Assembly (NCBI RefSeq): GCF_001194135.2
Contig: NC_068996.1
Span: 57,031,844 to 57,064,182 of the forward strand
DNA from: Octopus bimaculoides
Lineage: Eukaryota
Direction of reading: 5' to 3'
DNA: 32,339 nt
Under the pieces are notes generated by a model. It did not search any database. It was not told the DNA's origin and was given only the letters and a program-made list of their open reading frames with translations. The translations under genes and the position numbers were made by a program. Shown here piece by piece: positions 22,925-32,339 of the stretch. Within the stretch, counting starts at the first letter, position 1. Each line of letters begins with the position of its first letter.

Positions 22925-23125
22925 TTAATTCTTTACCAGCTTCAATCATTTGACTGTGACCATGCTGGAGCATTGCCATCAAGTGTGTAGCTGATCAGAT
23001 GAACCCCTGTACTTAGTTTTTAAGTGTCTGGCATGCTATCAGACTCTCTCTCTCTCTGCTGAACTGCTATGTTTCAGGGACATAAACAAACTAACACCAG
23101 TTATTAAATTATGTTGTCAGAGACA
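22925..23125 (-). mobile_element. SINE 3' tail region, same type as 14960-15127
   Basis: cttcaatcatttgactgtgaccatgctggagca...gctgaactgctatgtttcagggacataaacaaactaacaccag is the reverse complement of that tail. Confidence 0.55.
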
Positions 23126-23994
23126 AACACAACAATCTGTGCATGCATGCTTTTGCTTTCTGAATTCAAATTCTATAATGACCTGCTTGGGTGGTAGATG
23201 TAACCCTTGGCACCACCAGCAGACACCTTTTGTACATTTAACAGAGTTCACTTTATTACTTAACATCAAAGCCAGGTCTCTGGCTGAGGAAACTTTTCTC
23301 CCTGCTTCCCTCTCTCCTTCCCTCCCACCAGGCACAGATATCCTGTAAAGTGTCGTGAGCACTGTCCCTCTCTCTTAACTAAGCTATAGAGAAAATAGTT
23401 TCTTTAATCCACGATCTACTCTTGGGTATGCAGGGACACGATCAAAGTCATGAAGGAATATGGAAGGGTTGCCACAACAGCAGTAATTTCATCAACAACT
23501 ACAAGAAGAGGAACGGATAATAGGGTGGGCATGACAAGGATGCTGATCCATCTTCTAGTAAATTTAAAATTTACTTGTCTTGTATTCATTTAGAATATTT
23601 CTCATTTCAGAATTTTGCAAATACATACTTTCCATTTCATATTTATATATCAGTTTTGTGAATTATTCTTTGTTATTTAAAAAAAAATAAAACATGTTTC
23701 TAAGGTTGCACATAGTGTCTCAAGTGCTGTACAACAGAGATGCATTACATTAAATATATCTACATTTAAAATTTCAAATGAGTTTTAATAATTAATGTCT
23801 AAGATATTGTTTTAAGAAAAAAAATCAGGAAGAGTTGCCAAAATAAGTCTACCAAATAACAAACAAATAACAGAAAGTTATGAATAGGATTCTTTATTAT
23901 AGAACATGATAAACCAATTATATATATGTGGTGTGTTTGTTTTTCTCTCTAAGCATATGTATGCATTTCTATACAGGAATTTGAGAATATGCAT

Positions 23995-23995
<1 letters not shown>

Positions 23996-24026
<31 letters not shown>

Positions 24027-24182
24027 TGTTTAACGTCTGTTTTCCATGATAGCATAGGTCAGACGGTTTGACTGAGGACTGGCAAGCCAGAAGGCTGCAC
24101 CAGGCTCCAAACTGATCTGGCAGTGTGTCTATAGCTGGATGTCCTTCCTAACGACAACCACTCCGAGAGTGTAGTGGGTGCA
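23996..24182 (-). mobile_element. RTE-type 3' terminal segment with (GAT)n tail
   Basis: (cat)n gtttaacgtctgttttccatgatagcatagg...caaccactccgagagtgtagtgggtgc. Confidence 0.85.
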
Positions 24183-24200
24183 TATGTATGTGTGTGTGTG

Positions 24201-24261
<61 letters not shown>

Positions 24262-24344
24262 TTATGTGTGTGTTTGTATGAGAGAAGACAGATCACAGAT
24301 TCCTTCAGGTAGATTGCCCTTCTTGATACGTAGAAAAAGCACAA

Positions 24345-25423
24345 GTAGCAACTCCATAAGATGTACCCAATAACATATAAGAGGTGCAACAATGTGAGAG
24401 GAAGGTTAACGGGGAATGTTGTTTTTGTGTGTGGAAGGTGCACAGGTATAATTAACACTAAAAATGTACAGAAAATAGACTCCATCGAATGCCAGTGGGG
24501 AAAACTTGATAGTTGATGGCTTCCGTTACTTAGGTGACCAAGTCAGTAGCAAAGGCAGATGCTCTGAAAGTGTAGCTGCTAGAATAAGAATAGGCTGGGC
24601 AAAGTTCAGAGAGTTCCTACCTCTGTTGGTAGCAAAGGGCCTCTCCTTCAAAAATGAAAGGCAGATTGCACGATGCCTGTATGCGAACAGCCATGGCAGT
24701 GAAACATGGGCTGTGACTGCCAAGGACATGCATAGGCTTGAAAGAAATGAAACTAGTATTTTTTGTTGGATGTGTAATGTCAGTGTGCATGTAGGACAGA
24801 GTGTACGGACCTCAAGATAAAAGTTGGCCATAGGAGGCATCAGATGTGGTGTGCAAGAGAGAAGACTGTACTGGTATAGTCATGTGATGTGTATGGATGA
24901 AGACAGCTGTGTAAAGAAGCTCTGATCTCTAACTGTGGAGGGAACCTGTAGAAATGATAGACCCAGGTAGACACGGGATGAGGCAATGAAGCATGATTTT
25001 CAAACATTGGGTCCAATGGAGTCAATGACAAGTGACCAACACCTTTGGTGATATGCTATGCTTGAAAAGACTCATCAAACCAAGTGAAATTGCTGTTGGG
25101 GCCAATGCCAGTGCTGTGTAACTGGCACTTGTACCTGCCAGTGGTACATAAAAAGTACATTGGGTGTGCTTGAGAAGACCTATTGAGCCAAGTGAAATCA
25201 TAGTCGTGGCTGAGACCAGTGTTTTGTAACTGGCATGTAAAAAGCACCCACTACATTCTTGGAGTGGTTGGCATTAGGAAGGACATTCAGCTGTAGAAAC
25301 TTTGCCAGATCAGATTGGAACCTGGTGTAGCTCTCCAGCTTACCAGTTTTCAGTCAAACTATCCAACCCATACCAGCATAGAAAACAGACATTAAATGAT
25401 GATGATGATGATGATGATGATGA
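24345..25423 (+). mobile_element. 5'-truncated RTE LINE (RT C-terminus, 3' UTR, (GAT)n tail)
   Basis: VDGFRYLGDQVSSKGRCSESVAARIRIGWAKFREFLPLL...GSETWAVTAKDMHRLERNE...; RLYWYSHVMCMDEDSCVKK; frameshifts; GAT tract 25398-25423. Confidence 0.9.
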
Positions 25424-25618
25424 TATATACATATATGCATATATAAATTCAAAAGGGGATAAAACTCTTTTACAAGAATTTTATCAAGAAGCCAGTGTGT
25501 AAAAAAATTCATAAGGGAAATTTCGGTACTAAATGTGGTTATTTTGAGAAGTCCAGCGTGTGGCATTATTTTTCTAGTAATGCCCATTATATAAATATAT
25601 GCATATATATATAAATAT

Positions 25619-25863
25619 NNNNNNNNNNNNNNNNNNNNNNNNNNNNNNNNNNNNNNNNNNNNNNNNNNNNNNNNNNNNNNNNNNNNNNNNNNNNNNNNNN
25701 NNNNNNNNNNNNNNNNNNNNNNNNNNNNNNNNNNNNNNNNNNNNNNNNNNNNNNNNNNNNNNNNNNNNNNNNNNNNNNNNNNNNNNNNNNNNNNNNNNNN
25801 NNNNNNNNNNNNNNNNNNNNNNNNNNNNNNNNNNNNNNNNNNNNNNNNNNNNNNNNNNNNNNN
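25619..25863. other. Assembly gap (N-run)
   Basis: N characters; TA-rich flanks. Confidence 0.98.
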
Positions 25864-26119
25864 ATATATATATATATATATATAGTGAGAGAGAGAGAGA
25901 GAGGAGACAATATTTAACCCCACTTAAACATGGATTTTGTATTAGAAGAAACTTTACTGCAGTAGATACCATGAGAGAAACTCACATACTGGCTTTTGGT
26001 GAAAAATGCATTTTGTTATTTCATTTTATATTTCAAAAATTATTGGAACAATGAATATTCAAAAGAAAACCAGGTTTGGTTTTACCAGCTGATGATCTGA
26101 AATGAGCAATTCTGAGCAC

Positions 26120-26340
26120 TGACAATCAGAGCCTTTCATTTATAATGTCTCTCACCTTCCATCCATTTATCCTTCCATTGGAAAATAAGTTCATCCACAA
26201 TTTCCAAATTCTACTCTCCAACCTCATGATAACACCAATCTTTCCTGTACTACCTCCCCTCACCTTCAAAAAAAAAAGACAGGAACCTTTGAAACCTCCT
26301 TGAAAGAAGCTCCACAATGTCCAATCTTACACCACCAGGC
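26120..26340 (+). mobile_element. Possible Penelope-like element fragment (RT to GIY-YIG linker)
   Basis: FIHNFQILLSNLMITPIFPVLPPLTFKK...NL*NLL resembles the I..NF..L.....T..IF..PP...FKR..NL.NLL linker of PLE ORFs (recalled pattern); short and degenerate. Confidence 0.35.
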
Positions 26341-26600
26341 ACTTTTAAATGCACTCATCAACTATGCAAATTACATTAAGAATATTATTAGTGTTATCAC
26401 TGGACCCTAAGACACAACATGATATTACATTAGAACTTCTTCTGTTGCACATCGTCTAACCTTATATATATTGCATTATATACATACTTTGTGGTACTCT
26501 TTGCATTAGAAAATCAGGCTGACACCTTGCTGAACATTTTCAAGGACATATTTAATACATATATACGAAACCAACCCATCGCCATCCACTTTGACACTAA

Positions 26601-26961
26601 NNNNNNNNNNNNNNNNNNNNNNNNNNNNNNNNNNNNNNNNNNNNNNNNNNNNNNNNNNNNNNNNNNNNNNNNNNNNNNNNNNNNNNNNNNNNNNNNNNNN
26701 NNNNNNNNNNNNNNNNNNNNNNNNNNNNNNNNNNNNNNNNNNNNNNNNNNNNNNNNNNNNNNNNNNNNNNNNNNNNNNNNNNNNNNNNNNNNNNNNNNNN
26801 NNNNNNNNNNNNNNNNNNNNNNNNNNNNNNNNNNNNNNNNNNNNNNNNNNNNNNNNNNNNNNNNNNNNNNNNNNNNNNNNNNNNNNNNNNNNNNNNNNNN
26901 NNNNNNNNNNNNNNNNNNNNNNNNNNNNNNNNNNNNNNNNNNNNNNNNNNNNNNNNNNNNN
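26601..26961. other. Assembly gap (N-run)
   Basis: N characters. Confidence 0.98.
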
Positions 26962-27529
26962 GATAACTGAAGACATGGCAAAATGGGTTTCTGCCCTGAC
27001 ATTCGAAACTCAGAGTTTTATCATGGCTACCAAATAATTGTCAAATATTATTTACAGATAAATTCCTCTATTTACATAATATCGAGGTCTCTTTCTTTCT
27101 TTTGTTGTCTTACCTTTTTTATCTATATATTTATATATGATGATGATGATTGCTTCATCCTGAGAGATGATAGCCATCCCATCAACCCATGCACCACATC
27201 CCATCACACAGCACAATCACTCCGTTGATGAGCCCTCAGATGACTTTTAAGACCAGCTGCTGACTGACAGGGTTTCAAACACAAGTGACAGATATTATCT
27301 AAGTTTCTTTTACATTTTTGCTCTTTGGAACCTGATTCTGAAGTAATGTCTTTTGTGAACTAGCATATGCCTTTTAAGTCCAGATATTGTCTTACAAGTC
27401 TTGTGTCTCATGACACAAGTTGTAAGAGGTGGTTGGTGGGATTCAAGCTTATTTGCTACCTGGGCATTTCAATTGTCATGTGACTTCAAATGATTCACAT
27501 ATCCTGCTTTTGTTCAGTGACCTGAACAA

Positions 27530-27682
27530 TAATAACAACAACATGGAAAAATACCTTAGGAATGAGAACCCAAGTTTGAAATTCCCCCAAGACACCTGAT
27601 GAAGGCTGGAGGGTATATCAGCCGAAACGTGTTAACAGCAAACAAGATGAGGACAAACATCCGTCAAATGTAAATAATGTAT
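27530..27682 (+). mobile_element. Penelope-like terminal repeat unit containing a hammerhead ribozyme core
   Basis: GACAC(27591-95)-CTGATGA(27596-602)-A-GGCTG-gagggtatat-CAGCC-GAAAC(27624-28)-GTGTT: catalytic boxes, 5-bp stem II and stem I (GACAC/GTGTT) are present, but there is no NUH cleavage triplet before the 3' stem I strand. Confidence 0.7.
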
Positions 27683-27921
27683 ATATATATATATTTATAT
27701 GTATGTATAACTTCCATTATTCCATACTGGCATGGGTTAGAGAGTATTATTAATGGATTTGTTTTACCAGATGCCTTGCTTATTGCTAACCCTTATTTAT
27801 TTTTAACGCATCTTCAAAAATAGACCCAGTGACAAATTGTTGATGGGGAAATGACAAAAAAAAATTATGCATACAATTACACATATACACACACACTCAA
27901 TCTCTCTCTCTCTCTCTCTCT

Positions 27922-27958
<37 letters not shown>

Positions 27959-27959
27959 A

Positions 27960-28105
27960 TACAGGTTTCATACAGTTTTTGTCTATGGAATTAATTTGCA
28001 AAGCATTGGTTGGCTCACAGGTACAGTAGTAGACACTTTCCCAAGTTGGTGAACTGGGAGACTGAACTGAAATCTATGTGGGAAGTGAACTTGTTAAGCA
28101 CACAG
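27960..28105 (-). mobile_element. CORE-type tRNA SINE 5' half
   Basis: Minus strand gtgcttaacaagttcacttcccacatagatttcagttcagtctccc...ttgggaaagtgtctactactgtacc...ccaatgctttgc...agacaaaaactgtatgaaacctg. Confidence 0.6.
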
Positions 28106-28394
28106 TGGAACCTCAGCTACTTAGTCACATGAGTATGTCCCAAAGTAATAAAACAGATATTTTACCAAAATACTAAACACAGAAAGCCAAAGAGATGATG
28201 ACTAATCAAGATCAAAAATATCTACTAATAGGTGACTATTTCTCTTAACTTCAGATGATGAAGAAGAGGAATTTGAGGCAAGTATGACTTCCCTGAAGCA
28301 TTAACTAGTGGATTGTCTACAACTAGGAATAAAACCTAAGTTCCAGGAATGACTTGCCAGCTGCTACAGCACTTTTCAGCATTTATATCTTTAT

Positions 28395-28865
28395 AATTAT
28401 GCATTTATGTTTGTGTGTGTGTAAAAATAAAACACGAAGGGTAAAATAAATAATGAAACAGCCAGATGGGAATTAATTAAGGTAAATGTTTTTGTGTAAT
28501 CATGAGAGTTCATGTGTGTGTGTGTGTACAAAACACACATATGTACATGTAAGTGCATGTGTGTGTGCTTATACATGCATGTACTTGTATATATTATATG
28601 TGAAAATGTATATATACATATATTTGCTTGTGTGTATACATACAATATATATGAATACACAAAGATATGTGCATACACACATATACGAGTGTATGCATGT
28701 GTGTATTGTGTGTATTAAGTATATAAATGTGTGTGTGTAATTGTGTATATGTACCCCCACTACACACACACATTTACATAGAATTATCAGATTTCTTGAT
28801 GAAACTTAATCCAGGCCTGTCAGTGGTGTATGTAATAGAGACGAGCTGTGTGATATGTATACACA

Positions 28866-28912
<47 letters not shown>

Positions 28913-28920
28913 TGCACATA
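28395..28920. repeat. Degenerate (TG)/(TA)/(CA) low-complexity tract
   Basis: Mixed dinucleotide repeats ending in pure (CA)n; source of several spurious ORFs. Confidence 0.9.
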
Positions 28921-30741
28921 ACCACTCATGTATGCCCACAAGATTTATTATATTACACCACAGTACAATTAAACAAAACAACAACTACAGAAAAGATGAA
29001 GCTCATTACAAAAGATAAGAAGACATAAATGAACTGAATGCTTCATGTAATTGTTGGCAATTACCCTACGGTATGAAAAATGTTAAGTGCCTGCATTTAT
29101 CCCTGGCAATCCTAAGTATTTGTGTTTTTCTTTTGATTATTTTGCGTTTGTTTTTTATGAAAGGAGGGACCATTTTGCTGAATCTGTTGAGGAAGAGAAT
29201 GATTTTACTAAGATTTTGCGGTGATTATCGTTAAGATATTTTACTGTAATTATAGTTTGAAGTTCTGCAAACCAGCTTGTAGATGAACTGAAGTAATGAA
29301 CGGTGGTTAACATCATTATAGGAACCATAAATTAGAATTTTTGAAAAGTAAACAAAAGCAGCTTTTCAGTTTTCTCCAAGGTTGTAGTGGGACCACACAT
29401 CGAATATCATCACAGCATTTGGGGGTCACACTTGGTGAAAATTTGAGTTCTTTAGATTATAAGTAGTAGAAAAAAATCACTAAATTGACTTCAACTTTAA
29501 GGGACCAGCTACATTATTCTAAATTCAAAGAATCTGGTTTTACTTTCATTGTTCCATAGGAATAGGAAGATTAGATGTGATAAATGTGTATAAGATAAAT
29601 AAACAGAACTGAACCTATATAATAAAAGCAAAAAGAAAGACAATATGTTGAAATCTCATCAATCATTAACAAGAGGCCAGTCATAAATTATTTAAGAAGC
29701 TAACAGGACAGCAAACTTTCTCAAATTGGATCAATACAAACTGGGAATTGATTATCAAGAGAAGACTTTTGTTTTTTGTTTCTCTTTCTTTTTTTATTAA
29801 ACTAATTGAAGAATAGATTTGATAAATATTGAAAATTCTTTAGATTTGAAACTATACCATGGATATTTTGAAAGAGTGTGCTTTGATAAAGTCAATGGCT
29901 TTTAATATCAGCTTGAGAAGATTCTAATGAAAAATATTTTCATTGCAGTATACACGTTTGCAAACAGCTATGTACTTACTACACTAATACATATTTTAAT
30001 ACTTGTAAAATACTCATTATTCATGTGTCTTGCCTGGCCTGACACTCTTCCTACCTGTCTTGTGAATGGTTACCTATAGAACTCCTCTGCACATGTCCTA
30101 CCTAAACCCATGCTTCTCCTAATTCTACAACAAATTCTATATGAGATCCTTGTGTACACAGCTGTTATACTGATTACATAGTATTCATTCTCTGCATACT
30201 CCCTCCTCAGTCAGCACTCATTCAAGTGCTAGTTGTCTGCTAGTATACCAGAAATCCCATTCCACTTATTGGGTACCTTGTGTTTATAGTCACTATTAAC
30301 TCCTTTTCTATATTATCAATCAAGACTTCTTCTCAGCTAATTCTGAGAGTTTATGTTCTCTTTAACTTACTAAAAACTTACTCAGTGCCATGTTGACTTT
30401 CAGTCCATTTCATTTTAGACTATACTTCTATTGCTCATTAACAGATCTAGAATACAGGTTACCATTATATAAAAATAACTTCTCCTTTATGCAGAGTTAA
30501 CTACTTGTTCCTATCTATCCTATCTCACCATACTCAAGTTAATTCTTATCCTAACCAAATTAATTGTATCTTTTTGTGTGTCCAGTCACATTAATACTGA
30601 CATTAATTCTTCCTTTCTGAAGATAGCCATATGTTTCACCAAATGCTAAAACAACCCTTGTTCTTTTTTTTTTTTTTTTTAATGAAATATGCCTACACAA
30701 ATGACACACACACACACACACACATGTAATTGCCATCAGTA

Positions 30742-31130
30742 TGAGTTTGTGGTTGAGAAGCTTGGGTACTACATGGTTCCAGGTTCAGTCCCACTGTATG
30801 GCACCTTGGGCAAGTGTCTTCTGCTGTAGCCTCGGTTTCACCAAAGCCTTGTGACAGATGGAAACTGAAAGAACCTTTTGTGTGTGTGTGGGTATATACA
30901 TATATACATACATACATACATGTACATACATATATATATATACATATGAGAGGGGTGTTTGTGCCTTCTTGTCTTGACATTGCATGATGGTTGTAAATGA
31001 ACATCACTATCATACAAGCAGTTTCTTTAATTTCCAATTTTCTGTGAAAATTTGTCTGGTCATGGAGAAATATTACCTTACTTGGAAATAGGGGAAGATT
31101 GGTGACAGGAAGAGCATCCGGCTGTAAAAA
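30742..31130 (+). mobile_element. Near full-length CORE-type tRNA SINE with internal microsatellite and RTE-like tail
   Basis: gtggttgagaagctt (A-box region), aggttcagtccc (B-box-like), ggcaccttgggcaagtgtctt (CORE-like), ggaaactgaaagaacc, (TG/TA)n, then aaatattaccttacttggaaatagggg...ggtgacaggaagagcatccggctgtaaaaa. Confidence 0.75.
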
Positions 31131-31139
31131 TTGTGTGTG

Positions 31140-31196
<57 letters not shown>

Positions 31197-31424
31197 GTTG
31201 TTATACTTGGTGGTGGTCACATATTATCAATTAAACAAATGTACTGTATACTTAGTCTTTATTTCAACTTTATCATTATTATTATTATTTTAGATCTTTC
31301 TTCATACACACTATGACTTCTTCAACAATTCTTTATCCAAGGTCTCTCCTCTTGTTCTGCTTATTCCATTTTTCTTCTTACTCCAAATACATAAACTTAT
31401 ATATATATATTACAACCTTCGAAC

Positions 31425-32091
31425 ATTAGGTCTCACCAAGGCAATGACTAATGACCAACACCTTTGGAAATATACAGTGCGTGAGAAGACCCAGCAAGCC
31501 AAGTGAGACCATATCCCATGGCCTATGCAAGGAGTGTAACCGGCCCACTTGTGTGCACCTTCCTTCATTGGACACTAAACTCTGCTTGCGAAAACCTGTT
31601 GAGGCAATTGAAATCGAAATCGAAATCAAATTCAATGACTGGCACCCATGCTAGTGGAGCGCTAACAGCACCATCCAAGCGTGATCACTGCCAGAGCAGC
31701 TGCCTAGCTTCCATGCCAGCGGCACATAAAAAGCACCATTTGAGCCTGATCGTTACCAGCGTCACCTTATTCGCACTTGGGCTGGTGGCACATGAAAAAA
31801 CATTCGAACAAGGTCATTGCCAGTGCCGCTGGACTGGCTCCTGTGCAGGTGGCATGTAAAAAGCACCATTCGAGCATGATTGTTGCAGTACCGCCTGACT
31901 GGCCCTCGTGCCGGTGGCATGTAAAAGCACCCACTATACTCTCGGAGTGGTTGGCGTTAGGAAGGGCATCCAATTGTAGAAACTTTGCCAGATCAGATTG
32001 AGTCTGGTGCAGCCTCTGGCTCACCAGTCCTCAGTCAAATCGTCCAACTCATGCTAGCATGGAAAGCAGATGTTAAACGATGATGATGATG
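31425..32091 (+). mobile_element. RTE LINE 3' UTR (young-looking, CpG retained) with ~60-bp tandem units and GAT tail
   Basis: Begins at the ORF end (ggtctcaccaaggcaatgactaatgacc...gagaagacccagcaagccaagtgag), then (GAAATC)n, about 4-5 units bounded by ggtggcatgtaaaaagcacc (31660-31930), then the terminal module. Confidence 0.88.
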
Positions 32092-32096
32092 TATGT

Positions 32097-32136
<40 letters not shown>

Positions 32137-32230
32137 ACATCGTTTAACGTCCGCTTTCCATGCTAGCATGGGTTGGACGATTTGACTGAGGACTGGTGGA
32201 CCAGGTGGCTACACCAGGCTCCAATCTGAT
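32097..32230 (-). mobile_element. RTE-type 3' terminal segment, inverted and tail-to-tail with the previous copy
   Basis: (cat)n cgtttaacgtccgctttccatgctagcatgggttggacgatttgactgaggactgg...ccaatctgat. Confidence 0.9.
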
Positions 32231-32271
32231 ATATGTATATGTATATATATACATATATATATGCACTATAT

Positions 32272-32315
<44 letters not shown>

Positions 32316-32339
32316 GCACACAATTAAGAGTATGAAGAC

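Noticed and set aside
29161-29225. Possible next KIF26 exon (RDHFAESVEEENDFTKILR)
   Set aside because: Acceptor is AAG rather than YAG, donor GTGATT is weak, and there is no similarity to KIF26 as I recall it.
30742-30800. tRNA-like A/B boxes (also 4520-4597 and 20620-20680)
   Set aside because: SINE heads; no cloverleaf can be folded.
31660-31930. Regularly spaced ~20-bp repeats with variable spacers, superficially CRISPR-like
   Set aside because: Spacers are mutually homologous, the array is inside a LINE 3' UTR, the context is eukaryotic, and there are no cas genes.

Overview
AT-rich, microsatellite-dense eukaryotic genomic DNA with five N-gaps. The repeat families ((GAT)n-tailed RTE LINE ends, tRNA-headed SINEs) resemble those of octopus/coleoid cephalopods; the species is an inference. 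The only host coding sequence I can support is one 233-bp internal exon on + (19046-19278, AG/GT bounded, absent from the ORF track). It encodes the N-terminal 'LQV...RCDICxTHxxQLKQEA' segment of a KIF26A/B-like (kinesin-11) protein, so most or all of the window is probably large introns of that gene. The rest is decayed transposons: RTE LINE 3' fragments in both orientations, two SINE families, two R4/Dong-like retroelements embedded in (TAA)n tracts, an internally deleted TIR DNA transposon carrying SAP and SWIM remnants (ISL2EU-like), a poly(A)-ended zinc-knuckle element with no room for a reverse transcriptase (HAL1-like candidate), Penelope-like remnants with degenerate hammerhead motifs, a Helitron-like element, a mini-MITE and a CR1-like scrap. 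Almost all ORFs in the supplied track are artefacts of microsatellites, N-runs or repeat antisense strands. I found no intact multi-gene novel system; the best novelty candidates are the ORF1-only retroelement, the SAP-SWIM transposon derivative and the dsRNA-forming repeat architecture around the exon. Repeat boundaries are read by eye (about +/-20 bp unless stated exactly), and family names and reference sequences are from memory, not database searches.
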